Both the position numbers and the translations under genes were made by a program. From an uncultured Rhodospirillaceae bacterium (GTDB lineage: Bacteria; Pseudomonadota; Alphaproteobacteria; MPNO01; UBA830), in the NCBI GenBank assembly GCA_964579285.1, contig CAZOHS010000001.1, positions 13,068 through 70,971 on the forward strand: 57,904 nucleotides of DNA, given 5' to 3'. Positions 46,745 to 56,000 of the stretch are shown here, piece after piece (positions within the stretch are counted from its first letter, which is position 1; each line of letters starts with the position of its first letter). The notes below the pieces were generated by a model, which had not been told where the DNA came from, made no database searches, and worked only from the letters and a program-made list of their open reading frames with translations.

Positions 46745-47668
46745 TCAGCCTGTCCTGGCCGGAAACAGGCCCTGTGGTTTAAAGAACAAAATCACCACCA
46801 TTAAGATGTAAACGAGCATCGACGCGAGTGCGGGACCCGCTGTTTGGGCTTGGTCAGGCGTTACGAGTTGAAGAAGTATATATGGGAGAATGGAGCGCCC
46901 AACAATTTCAAACACACCGACAACCACGGACGCCACTAACGCGCCGCGGATAGAGCCTATCCCACCGATAACAATCACAACAAAGGCGAATATCAGCATT
47001 TCTTCGCCCATCCCAGATTCGATTGAAATGATCGGGCCCGCCATTAATCCGGCGAACCCTGCAAAAACCGCACCAAGTCCGAACACAATTGTGTAGAGAA
47101 TTCGAATATTTATGCCGAGCGCCCCGATCATGGGTCGATTGCTCGCACCGGCTCGAATCTGCATTCCAGTTCTGGTCTTGGTGATCATTAAATAAAGGGC
47201 AACACTGACGAGAATTCCCATTGCGATGATTAAAAGCCGGTAGCTTGGGTAAGGAACGCCGATGTCGATGCTCCCCGCGAGCGAGTCGGGTATTTTCATG
47301 CCGACGCCTTCGACGCCCCATAGAATACGAACGAGTTCATTAAAAAATAATATAAGGCCGAACGTCGCGAGCACCTGGTCCATGTGGTCGCGTTCATACA
47401 TCGTCCGTAAAACGATGATCTCCACAATCATTCCAATTATCAACAATATTGGAACCATCAGCACAAACGCGATAAAAAGGTTCCCAGTCAACGTGTACAG
47501 TGTTGTCGATACGTACGCACCCAACATATAAAGGGAACCATGGGCTAGGTTAACCACGTTCATGATCCCCAGCACTAGAGTTAAGCCGGCCGAGATCAAA
47601 AACAGAAAGACACCGAATTGGACGCCGTTTAGGATTTGTTCAAGAAATAGCGTTAGAGTCATAGTCAT
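46745..47668 (-). CDS. ABC transporter permease (LivH-like)
   Basis: 307-aa polytopic membrane protein (…NLAHGSLYMLGAY…). Confidence 0.85.
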   Translation of the reverse strand: MTMTLTLFLEQILNGVQFGVFLFLISAGLTLVLGIMNVVNLAHGSLYMLGAYVSTTLYTLTGNLFIAFVLMVPILLIIGMIVEIIVLRTMYERDHMDQVLATFGLILFFNELVRILWGVEGVGMKIPDSLAGSIDIGVPYPSYRLLIIAMGILVSVALYLMITKTRTGMQIRAGASNRPMIGALGINIRILYTIVFGLGAVFAGFAGLMAGPIISIESGMGEEMLIFAFVVIVIGGIGSIRGALVASVVVGVFEIVGRSILPYILLQLVTPDQAQTAGPALASMLVYILMVVILFFKPQGLFPARTG

Positions 47669-47736
47669 CAGAGATTACAGCCAAACTAAATAAATTTTCT
47701 TTAGGCCTTATACTTAGCAGTATTTTGGGGAAGTTC

Positions 47737-47766
47737 AAAAAAAGGGGGTATCAAATTGATACCCCC
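47737..47766 (-). terminator. Rho-independent terminator/attenuator between the binding-protein gene and the permease genes
   Basis: GGGGGTATCAA (47744-47754) and TTGATACCCCC (47756-47766) form a perfect 11-bp stem. On the minus strand it is followed by a run of seven T (47743-47737). It lies 21 nt downstream of the binding-protein stop. Confidence 0.75.
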
Positions 47767-47786
47767 AAATAGTTAGACCTGCATTA

Positions 47787-48983
47787 TTAATTCCAGGCTT
47801 TAATTCTTTTACATTTGCCAACATGGCTGTCGCCAGCCATTTCCATCACCATACCCGTGGTTATAATTTTCGGTTTCCCGTTGGCGTCCGCGATAACTTC
47901 TCGCTTATAATAATTTTGAATTGGGCTGTGATTTCTATTGAATTTAAACTTCCCTCGTGGAGATTTTATATCAGCCGTTCTAATCGCGTTACGAATTGCG
48001 TCTTGGTCCTTCAGGTTCCCCTTTGAACCACGCACACCAAGGTCAATTAAAAGCGCCGCATCATACCCCTGAACAGAGAAACCCGATGGCAAATGACCAT
48101 ATTTCTTTGTGTAATCCTTTACAAACCGGACATTAACAGGGTCTTTGGATGTATTGTTCCAAAAGCTCGTGTGGTAGGTGCCGATAGCGTTGCTGCCGTG
48201 CCCTTTGAGGGTCCCGTTATCGACTGTAAACACAGTGTACAGCTTGACGACTTTATCCAATCCCGCCGCTCTATATTGCTTTCCAAAAGAAACGCCCATT
48301 CCGCCCGGTAAAAACCCATAAATAGCGCCAGGTTTTGCCGCACGAATCTGCGATAACTCTGCGGACCATTCTTGGTTCCCGAGCTTATAGAGAATTTTTC
48401 CTTTGGCAGGGGATTTATACCGCCGCATCATTCCGTTGAGCATATCTTTGCCGGCCTGATAGTTCGCGGAAATTAGAAAGACATCTTTAATACCTTCGTT
48501 CTTCATCAACATGCCCATCGCTTCCGGCTGCATGTCATTGTTCCAGGAACCCTGGAAATACCAAGGATTACAGTGTTTCCCGGCCATACCCGACCAACCG
48601 GCATTACTGCTTATAAGAAACGTTTTCGCCTTAAATGCTTGTTTCCACACGGCAGCGAGTACATTGGACCAAGTGATGCCAGTAACAAAATGAACTTTAT
48701 CTTTTTTCAGAAACTTGTTCATAATTGTTCGACCAACGTCTGGTTTATGCTGAGTATCAGCTTTAAATACTTCAACGTTCATCCCGGCCATTTTATTACC
48801 AAGATGATCCAACGCTAGCTGGAAGCCTTCCCACTGATATCGCCCAAAAATGCCGCGTCCACCCGGAAAGCCATTCATAAAACCAATCTTGACAGTATCT
48901 GCAGCTGCGACTGGCGTTATTGCGGCGGGGGCACTCGTAATCGCTAGTGCAACGGCAGCAGCAATTAAAACATGCTTCTTCAT
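47787..48983 (-). CDS. ABC transporter periplasmic substrate-binding protein (LivK/amide-urea type I PBP fold)
   Basis: I chose the ATG at 48983 after GGGAGAG. It gives the signal peptide MKKHVLIAAAVALAITSAPAAITPVAA, and the mature part begins DTVKIGF. Confidence 0.85.
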   Translation of the reverse strand: MKKHVLIAAAVALAITSAPAAITPVAAADTVKIGFMNGFPGGRGIFGRYQWEGFQLALDHLGNKMAGMNVEVFKADTQHKPDVGRTIMNKFLKKDKVHFVTGITWSNVLAAVWKQAFKAKTFLISSNAGWSGMAGKHCNPWYFQGSWNNDMQPEAMGMLMKNEGIKDVFLISANYQAGKDMLNGMMRRYKSPAKGKILYKLGNQEWSAELSQIRAAKPGAIYGFLPGGMGVSFGKQYRAAGLDKVVKLYTVFTVDNGTLKGHGSNAIGTYHTSFWNNTSKDPVNVRFVKDYTKKYGHLPSGFSVQGYDAALLIDLGVRGSKGNLKDQDAIRNAIRTADIKSPRGKFKFNRNHSPIQNYYKREVIADANGKPKIITTGMVMEMAGDSHVGKCKRIKAWN

Positions 48984-49112
48984 GGATCTCTCCCTAAAAC
49001 TTGTTACCGTCAAAACTTTTTCACCGTTTCGACTTTCCCGATAGTAACTCATTCTTGTTTATCCTTAAAGGCTCCCTGCCGAAAATGTTTTCAAGACCCG
49101 TGAAATGCCGTA

Positions 49113-49568
49113 ATGAAGGGTATGTTTTTTAAAAAACTATTTGCCCGCTCCAAAACAGATTTTGTATTCTCAAAGGATCTACAAAACGACGAGCCTGCAA
49201 AGCTATATAGCGAAATGAAGGCGTGTATTGAAAGGCGCGGAGGCACGCTAAAAAATGTTAGACGCGCGCAAGCCTTGACCGATTTATTCAATCGGTTATC
49301 GCCCGGAGGCCAGTTAGTATACATTCAGGTCCTTGAAGCCTTTGGCGACGACCTCCCGGAAACCTCTCCCGAGACATACTCTAAGTTAGAAGAGGCCGAA
49401 ATGTTTGGTGGTTCGGCAAGTAAATTAGCCGTACTTGATGCTTTTGTGACGCCTAGAAGACGACTAATCGCAATGCTATCAAGGACAGAAAACGGCCCCG
49501 AAACATTAGAAACTATTTCAAAGTTTGCGTCCCAAGATGTTATAGAAGACATTCATGATAGTCATTAA
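49113..49568 (+). CDS. Hypothetical protein resembling only the N-terminal helical domain of malonyl-CoA decarboxylase
   Basis: 151-aa ORF with no clear RBS. The segments ...CIERRGG...ALTDLFNRLSPGGQLVYIQVLEAFG... and ...LDAFVTPRRRLIAMLSRTENGPETL... resemble the MCD N-domain as I recall it. No catalytic C-domain follows. Confidence 0.35.
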   Translation: MKGMFFKKLFARSKTDFVFSKDLQNDEPAKLYSEMKACIERRGGTLKNVRRAQALTDLFNRLSPGGQLVYIQVLEAFGDDLPETSPETYSKLEEAEMFGGSASKLAVLDAFVTPRRRLIAMLSRTENGPETLETISKFASQDVIEDIHDSH

Positions 49569-49648
49569 TTCAGCAACTTATAAGAAAAAGTTAATGTAAC
49601 TTAGCGGGAACGTATAATTACTGATAAACGGTCCAGAGGAGCATTACG

Positions 49649-50350
49649 ATGGTCAAAAAGTTCGAAGATTATTGCTGGGCAGATATTATAGACGACGAAA
49701 CATTCGAAATATATGCGGCGTATGAACGAGATCTTTATGTCGGCGCCAAACCAGCAGTTTTAATGATCGACGTTTATCAGGCGAGTTACGACGGCGGTCA
49801 ACAGGATGTTATAGACGTTATTAAAGAACACCCGAGTTCTTGTGGTGCACGCGCTTGGGCGATGGTCGAACCTGCCAAACAATTGCTGGCTTCCGCCCGC
49901 GATGCGGGGTTGCCTATAATATACAGTACTGGCGACAAACGAAGCCACGCTGAAAAGGGTAAACCCACAAACCGGCAACGTGAAACAGATACCGCAAATG
50001 CATACAAAATTCTCCCCGAATTAGCTCCTGAGGCTGAAGATCTCGTTATCTACAAGCAACGGGCAAGTTGCTTTTACGGCACACCCCTTTTGTCCCATTT
50101 AATTAATTACGGTATCAGAAGCCTCATTGTGGGTGGAGGCACGACAAGCGGTTGCCTGCGTGCGGGTGTACAGGATGCGAAAGCGAATGGTTTTCATATC
50201 ACGCTCGTGGAGGAGTGTTGCTACGATAGAACAGATATTAATCATAAAGTTAATCTTTTTGACATGCATCATAAGTACGCGGACGTCATGAAATTGGCGG
50301 ACGTTGTCTCCCACCTCGAGACATTAAAAACTAGTTTGCGAGCGGGCTAG
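49649..50350 (+). CDS. Isochorismatase-family amidohydrolase (N-carbamoylsarcosine amidase / maleamate amidohydrolase-like)
   Basis: 233 aa with PAVLMIDVYQ and the nucleophile block GGGTTSGCLRAG. RBS is GAGGAG. Confidence 0.85.
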   Translation: MVKKFEDYCWADIIDDETFEIYAAYERDLYVGAKPAVLMIDVYQASYDGGQQDVIDVIKEHPSSCGARAWAMVEPAKQLLASARDAGLPIIYSTGDKRSHAEKGKPTNRQRETDTANAYKILPELAPEAEDLVIYKQRASCFYGTPLLSHLINYGIRSLIVGGGTTSGCLRAGVQDAKANGFHITLVEECCYDRTDINHKVNLFDMHHKYADVMKLADVVSHLETLKTSLRAG

Positions 50351-50568
50351 GTGTTTGAATGACTTCATTCATCAAACGCCCACTCGACTTAGTCTGAGGG
50401 TTTGTTAAGCGTCGTTAATTTAATCTTAAGACATTGATAAACACGACGCCCCTGTAATTACGAAGGGGTGCTACTCTTGCACAAGAATTTTCCACGCCAT
50501 TCGAAAGCACGTGATCATCATCTTTATTGTAGTGTAGTATAAGAAAATAAGCGCCACTTTGTCTGGGG

Positions 50569-51573
50569 ATGAATATGCTGAATGTAGGAATTGTAGGCCT
50601 TGGGTGGTGGGGAAAAATACTCACGCAAACATTAGAAAACAGCCAAAAGATTGAGGTATTGAAATTGTCAGATATCGACGCTCAGGCTGGCTCTTCGTTT
50701 GCCGATGTAAATCAAATTCCTTTTACAGACAAATTAACAGATCTTCTCTCAGACGATGATCTAGACGCAGTGATACTTGCAACACCTCACTCCTATCACG
50801 AAGAACAGATTATTGCTGCCGCACACGCGGGTAAACATGTCTTCTGTGAGAAACCATTCTGCCTTAATCGCGCTTCCGCTCTTCGTGCGATGGAAGCCGT
50901 CTCAAAATCAGAAATTCAAGTGGCAATCGGCCACGAGCGCCGGTTCGAACCGCCTATCGTTGACAGCATGGCCATGGCCCGAACAGGAAAGCTCGGATCC
51001 CTAATGCACATTGAAGCGAATTTCAGCCACGATCTTTTTTCGGCTTTTGACAATTCTAATTGGCGCCTAAATAAAGCAGAGAGCCCTGCAGGCGGACTGA
51101 CGGCAACTCTCATCCACTTAACCGATCTCTCTATCAGCTTATTCGGACAGCCAGACCGAGTGCTGTCATCGGTCGAGTGCCACGGCGGCTTGGTGTCAAA
51201 TGGCGATACGCTTACGACCCAAATAAAATTTCAGAATGGCTGCACGGCGTCCCTGGCCGCTCTTACGCACACACCGTTCTTTTCTCGTATCGCTATTTTT
51301 GGATCTAAAGGTTGGGTCGAAGTTCGTGATAAAGCGCACGTCCAGGCACCTGAGGGTTGGACCTTAACAACGTGCTTTAAGGATGGCCGTCCACAGACAA
51401 TGGAATACGATGTTGCGGCGCCCGTACTGGCAAACCTTGAAAATTTTGCAGACGCTATTGCGGGAATTAAACCTTACCCCAACACACCCGAACAGATCAT
51501 ACAAAATGTCTCTTTACTTGAAGCTATTGTCCAATCGTCGGAGGTCGGAGAAGTCGTAACGGTAGAGCGCTAA
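50569..51573 (+). CDS. Gfo/Idh/MocA family NAD(P)-dependent oxidoreductase
   Basis: It has VGIVGLGWWG and VFCEKPF. The start may be the second ATG at 50575. Confidence 0.85.
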   Translation: MNMLNVGIVGLGWWGKILTQTLENSQKIEVLKLSDIDAQAGSSFADVNQIPFTDKLTDLLSDDDLDAVILATPHSYHEEQIIAAAHAGKHVFCEKPFCLNRASALRAMEAVSKSEIQVAIGHERRFEPPIVDSMAMARTGKLGSLMHIEANFSHDLFSAFDNSNWRLNKAESPAGGLTATLIHLTDLSISLFGQPDRVLSSVECHGGLVSNGDTLTTQIKFQNGCTASLAALTHTPFFSRIAIFGSKGWVEVRDKAHVQAPEGWTLTTCFKDGRPQTMEYDVAAPVLANLENFADAIAGIKPYPNTPEQIIQNVSLLEAIVQSSEVGEVVTVER

Positions 51574-51682
51574 AAATAAACTCAAAGGCCGACACTTAAT
51601 ACATAAACCTAAAATTTATAATTCGACGATGTCGCATATTACCAGTTAGTTCATTATTGTTTTCTGGTGCGACGTCTATCAA

Positions 51683-52318
51683 TTAATCCAAAACAGACGG
51701 CCGCGCTGAAACTTCACTATGCCACCGATGCACGTTCCGGCATTTCTCAGGAATTGCCAACCGCCTTGATATCGCAAAATCAATCGCGCAGATCCCGGTG
51801 ATATCGGCGAACGAAAATTCATCACCCGCTATGTATTGGGTTTCAGAGAGCTTTTGATTAATTTTCTCATAAAAGATTCCAAGGCGCAGTTCTCCGCGCT
51901 TTGCGAGATCGGGTATTTGAGGAATATCTTGGCCGTACCCCGAAAGGCCTCTTCCCACAAAGAGTTTATGGGTATTTCGAAATACCTCTGAGACCGCCAT
52001 TAGACCCTCCCACTCAACCAGGCGATCCCACATCTCTATAATAGCGGCCTCCTTCGGGTCGCGACCCATGAGGGGAGTTTCGGGGAAAATAGCTTCCAGG
52101 TAACGACAAATTGCAGCCGCTTCGCCTATCCAGCCACCGTCATCTAATTCCAAGAGAGGCACTCGGCGGTGAGGATATCGTACGCAGTATTCTTCGCTGA
52201 GCTTCCCAGAGTTTTCCGGATCGCTAGCTTCAGCGATCTCAAGGTCAAGAGCTTTCTCAGCGACAAAAATTTTAGCTCTTCGCGGGTTCGGAGCATTTAA
52301 CCAAGTATAAAGCTTCAA
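51683..52318 (-). CDS. Glutathione S-transferase family protein
   Basis: 211 aa with a thioredoxin-like N-domain (…RRVPLLELDDG…). The TTG start follows GAGGAGG by 7 nt and overlaps the upstream Rieske gene stop (TTGA). Confidence 0.8.
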   Translation of the reverse strand: MKLYTWLNAPNPRRAKIFVAEKALDLEIAEASDPENSGKLSEEYCVRYPHRRVPLLELDDGGWIGEAAAICRYLEAIFPETPLMGRDPKEAAIIEMWDRLVEWEGLMAVSEVFRNTHKLFVGRGLSGYGQDIPQIPDLAKRGELRLGIFYEKINQKLSETQYIAGDEFSFADITGICAIDFAISRRLAIPEKCRNVHRWHSEVSARPSVLD

Positions 52319-53385
52319 GTGTTTTCCTCCTCTATGATCATTTTGTTCAATATCTGCCGCGCCTGAAGGACCGGAGCGTCTAACTTAACATCGATCGGCT
52401 TCCACTCGACACACCGATTTAGGGAACGCTGCTGTGCCTCGACAATCGTTACATCCTCGCTAAATATTTTTGTAAACTCCGACATCATTCCATCACTTAC
52501 TGTCTCTTCGTCAATACGGTAGTTGCGGCCAACAGACCAAAAATAGTGACAGGTTGTTTCAGTCTCCGGTGTCATAAAATGGGCCGTGTGGAGCGTCACC
52601 CCTTGGGTCCTGTCACCGGTCTCTGCGCCCGTTCCGGCCCTCGCGCACCCGATGTCGAAGGCACAGAGTGAGGGAGGAATAAACTCCCAGATCAACCAAC
52701 GGTCCACCCGGCCCTCACTCCCAATTGCCCGAGCAAAGGTTGGCGAGGGAACCACATCCATCATCCAGCGCGCGGCACTAATACTCTGCTCTTTGCGGTC
52801 GATCTTCGGAGGGTTATCAATGATTGCGCCGGACCCGATAGTATCTGGATGAACGAATGGTGCATGGGTATTATCGAGTTGGATGTCGATTAATAGATTG
52901 TACCCGCAGGCAACATTCCAAAAGGCTCCCCCAGCGTCCCAGCCAGGGTCGTCACGCCAAAAAATATTAGGGATTAATCCCTGATCTGCTTTTTCCGAAT
53001 CCCCCATCCATATCCAGAGACAATTGTGTTTCTCGATTACCGGATAACTTTGAACATGGGCACCCGGAGGTATCCTACTTTGGCCAGGTACTTCGACGCA
53101 GGCCCCTGTCCGGTCAAAACGCAAACCATGATATCCACACTGCAATGTTCCTGCAACCACATTACCGAGAGACAAAGGTAGATGCCGATGACAGCACCGA
53201 TCCTCTAACGCCGCTGGTTTTCCATCAACCCCCCTAAATAAGACCACGGGATCTCCAAGGAAAACCCTACCCAAGGGCGCCTCAGAAAGTTCTTCGGGTA
53301 GCCCCGCAATATACCAGCAATTGCGTAAATACGGGCCACCAACGTAAGGCTCGTTTTTCTCTTGTGAAGATAACTTATGTCTCAT
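52315..53385 (-). CDS. Rieske [2Fe-2S] non-haem iron oxygenase alpha subunit (VanA-type)
   Basis: It has CCHRHLPLSLGNVVAGTLQCGYHG and DIQLDNTHAPFVH. The ATG follows GAAGGTGG and overlaps the upstream gene by 11 nt. Confidence 0.85.
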   Translation of the reverse strand: MRHKLSSQEKNEPYVGGPYLRNCWYIAGLPEELSEAPLGRVFLGDPVVLFRGVDGKPAALEDRCCHRHLPLSLGNVVAGTLQCGYHGLRFDRTGACVEVPGQSRIPPGAHVQSYPVIEKHNCLWIWMGDSEKADQGLIPNIFWRDDPGWDAGGAFWNVACGYNLLIDIQLDNTHAPFVHPDTIGSGAIIDNPPKIDRKEQSISAARWMMDVVPSPTFARAIGSEGRVDRWLIWEFIPPSLCAFDIGCARAGTGAETGDRTQGVTLHTAHFMTPETETTCHYFWSVGRNYRIDEETVSDGMMSEFTKIFSEDVTIVEAQQRSLNRCVEWKPIDVKLDAPVLQARQILNKMIIEEENT

Positions 53386-54397
53386 TCAAGCCACCTTCAC
53401 TGGATAACAACTCTTTGATGATACGCCGAGCATACACCGCCCCCGCATCAGAGTGTACATTTTGCCAATTCAAATTATCACCGCGCTTACCAAGCACTTC
53501 TTGTTGACGATTTAAAATATCCACATCTTCTTCGAAAACCGCCTTTGACCCCTGGTACATCATGTCGGTAACTTCCTGTTCCGGGTTAAAGTTCCGTGGA
53601 ACAGCCCAGAAAAAATGTGTCGATTTTTCAGTCTCCGGGGTCAGGGCACACAAAACACGATACTCGAGGCCATCACGGGTATCCGTGGATCCTGATGGTG
53701 ACGATTTGCTCTCAATAACTATGGTGGATGGTGGCTGAAAGTTTATGCGGTGCATTCGGTCTATCAACCCATCATACCCTTTTAATTTTTGATAAAACGG
53801 TGGCGCAGGACAATTGGGCATGATCCTCTCAACAGTGACAAGTTCTCCTTTTCTTTCGGCGGTCGCAGGTGTCTCAGAAACAGCATCGGTGCCGATGGTG
53901 CCGCGGTGGACGTATGCTTCATGCGAAAGGTCCATAAGATTGTCCGCCAGAAGCTGCCAATGGCAATTTAGGTGCATATAGTCTCCAACTGGGTACCAAT
54001 TTGGATCAGCATTCCAGTGAAAATCCGGAATGAGATCGGCGACCGCTTTTTCGGGATCACCCAACCAAACCCAGATCAACCGCCACTTTTCTAAAACGGG
54101 ATATGTTTTCACCTTCAGCCCGTCTGATGGTGAACCTTGCTGGGCGGGGACGCGCACACACTTTCCGTCCGCTCCAAATTCGAGACCATGGTATAAACAG
54201 CGTACCAAATCCCCTTCTCGCTCACCTGATGAAAGCCGGGCAGACCGATGCGGACAGATATCCTCCATTGCGACAATGCTGCCGTCAGTAGCTCGGTATA
54301 GCAGCACAGGTTCGCCGAGGATCCAGCGCCCAAGAAGAACACCGTCATCCAGCTCCGGCGGCATTGCCGCAGCGTACCAAAAATTACGAAGGAACAT
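53375..54397 (-). CDS. Rieske [2Fe-2S] non-haem iron oxygenase alpha subunit (VanA-type)
   Basis: It has CPHRSARLSSGEREGDLVRCLYHG and DNLMDLSHEAYVH. RBS is GGGAAG. Confidence 0.85.
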   Translation of the reverse strand: MFLRNFWYAAAMPPELDDGVLLGRWILGEPVLLYRATDGSIVAMEDICPHRSARLSSGEREGDLVRCLYHGLEFGADGKCVRVPAQQGSPSDGLKVKTYPVLEKWRLIWVWLGDPEKAVADLIPDFHWNADPNWYPVGDYMHLNCHWQLLADNLMDLSHEAYVHRGTIGTDAVSETPATAERKGELVTVERIMPNCPAPPFYQKLKGYDGLIDRMHRINFQPPSTIVIESKSSPSGSTDTRDGLEYRVLCALTPETEKSTHFFWAVPRNFNPEQEVTDMMYQGSKAVFEEDVDILNRQQEVLGKRGDNLNWQNVHSDAGAVYARRIIKELLSSEGGLNET

Positions 54398-54488
54398 CTC
54401 AGTCTTCCCATTGCCCCAGTCTACTTATGGAAGGCATTATGCGAATAACAACAGCACACGCCAAGTATCTGGAGGAAGGAATTTTATA

Positions 54489-55391
54489 ATGTCACGGATC
54501 GCATTTATTGGTCTTGGAAATATGGGTGGCCCGATGTCCGCAAACCTCGTCAAAGCTGGCCACGACGTGCGGGGTTTTGACATTGTTCCTTCAAAAGTGG
54601 AACAGGCAGCTGCTCATGGTGTCGTTGCGGCACATTCAAACGCGGATGCGGCCGAAAATGCAGACGTCGTTTTTACGATGTTACCCACGGGACGCGAAGT
54701 ACGTGAGGTGCTGGTCGAGAAAGATAAACTTATCGAAACGGTCAGCGGAGAAACAATAGTGGTTGATACGTCAACTACAGATTTGAAATCCACAGAATTC
54801 ATACACGACCGTGCCGCATCTCATGGTGCAGACCTCGTAGATTCCCCGGTTTCCGGAGGAATGGCTGGCGCTGAAGATGGAACGCTGACTTTTATGGCTG
54901 GAGGCAACCCAGCGGTCATTGAAGGGCTTAAACCAATTTTTTTAGCAATGGGCAAGAATGTGGTTAACGCGGGGGGGCCATCGGCGGGACAAGCGGTAAA
55001 GGTGTGCAACAATATGCTGCTTGGAATTTCAATGATCGGAGCATGCGAGGCAATTGCTCTTGGTGAAGCGGCTGGCGTCGATCATCAGGTCCTGTTTGAC
55101 GTGATTTCGACGTCAACAGGAAATTGCTGGTCAATGAATGTAAATTGCCCGATCCCAGACATGGTCGATACCGCACCCGCGAACAGGGGCTATAGTCCCG
55201 GATTTACCGCAAACCTAATGTTAAAAGACCTAACCCTGGCGCAAGAGGCCGCATCCAAAACAGGTGTGACAACGCAAATGGGCGAACACGCCCGCGCTCT
55301 TTATGAGCAGTTCTGCGGAGACCGAAACGGTGAAATGGACTTTTCCGCTATGCTTCAAATGGTCAGAGATATGGGTGACCACAAATACTGA
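54489..55391 (+). CDS. 3-hydroxyisobutyrate dehydrogenase family (HIBADH/6PGDH-like) NAD-dependent dehydrogenase
   Basis: The true start is the ATG at 54489 (MSRIAFIGLGNMGGPMSANL) after GGAGGAAGGA. The ORF-track extension back to 54030 is antisense to the Rieske gene. Confidence 0.85.
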   Translation: MSRIAFIGLGNMGGPMSANLVKAGHDVRGFDIVPSKVEQAAAHGVVAAHSNADAAENADVVFTMLPTGREVREVLVEKDKLIETVSGETIVVDTSTTDLKSTEFIHDRAASHGADLVDSPVSGGMAGAEDGTLTFMAGGNPAVIEGLKPIFLAMGKNVVNAGGPSAGQAVKVCNNMLLGISMIGACEAIALGEAAGVDHQVLFDVISTSTGNCWSMNVNCPIPDMVDTAPANRGYSPGFTANLMLKDLTLAQEAASKTGVTTQMGEHARALYEQFCGDRNGEMDFSAMLQMVRDMGDHKY

Positions 55392-55462
55392 GACGCGACC
55401 GACTAAATACCAAAGCGGGATTTTTTCACCGCCTATCGCACGGCACCCGCGAATTCGGGGCA

Positions 55463-55912
55463 CTATTTTCTGCGTTTGGATCGCTGTCTTTTCCAGCGCA
55501 TTTCTAGGGCCTTCACGCCAGCTTCGGCAACTACGATATCCTCGGCGGGAGTTCCAGAGCTCACACCAATACCCCCGATACAGTCTTTACCTGAATTAAC
55601 AGGGACCCCCCCGCCAATTGTTGAAAACTTTCCGTCGTTCGATACATGAATTCCAAACGCGGGCGAACCAGGAACGCAATGTTCATTATAAAACATTGTA
55701 GAGTTACGGGCCGCGCCCGCGGTGAAAGCCTTAGCCATTGCTATTTGGATTGAACTCGTCTTTGCCCCGTCCATTCGAGAAAACGCTATCAGGTTTCCAC
55801 TTTCATCCGAAACAGCTATGACCTGCGGCACTCCGATGGCGGTTGCTTTTTTCTCCGCCGCCGCAATCATTATAAATGCTTCGTCCCGAGATAAACGCTT
55901 GATATTGAGCAT
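55463..55912 (-). CDS. GlcG/HbpS-like (DUF336) haem-binding-type protein
   Basis: 149 aa with ...GAKTSSIQIAMAKAFTA... and ...GGGVPV.... RBS is AGGAGA. It has a basic C-terminal tail RWKRQRSKRRK. Confidence 0.7.
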   Translation of the reverse strand: MLNIKRLSRDEAFIMIAAAEKKATAIGVPQVIAVSDESGNLIAFSRMDGAKTSSIQIAMAKAFTAGAARNSTMFYNEHCVPGSPAFGIHVSNDGKFSTIGGGVPVNSGKDCIGGIGVSSGTPAEDIVVAEAGVKALEMRWKRQRSKRRK

Positions 55913-56000
55913 CTTATTGTTCTCCTACCAACTATACAGAAAACGCCTTACAGATAATTCTTCTTGGTCAAAATAAGACGGCTATAACTGAGTTACTTTA

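Noticed and set aside
50353-50377. Hairpin TGAATGA-CT-TCATTCA after the second isochorismatase gene, considered as a terminator
   Set aside because: The stem is short and AT-rich with a 2-nt loop, and no T-run follows it. This is insufficient for an intrinsic terminator call.
54030-54488. 153-codon N-terminal extension of the ORF 54030-55391
   Set aside because: The extension is antisense to the Rieske oxygenase gene and is Ser/Pro/Arg-rich. The dehydrogenase Rossmann motif begins right after the ATG at 54489, which has a GGAGGAAGGA RBS.
54489-55391. Assigning the HIBADH-family dehydrogenase as the 2-(hydroxymethyl)glutarate dehydrogenase step of the nicotinate pathway
   Set aside because: The family is right, but the gene lies more than 20 kb from the island, in a different gene context. 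There is no positional support.
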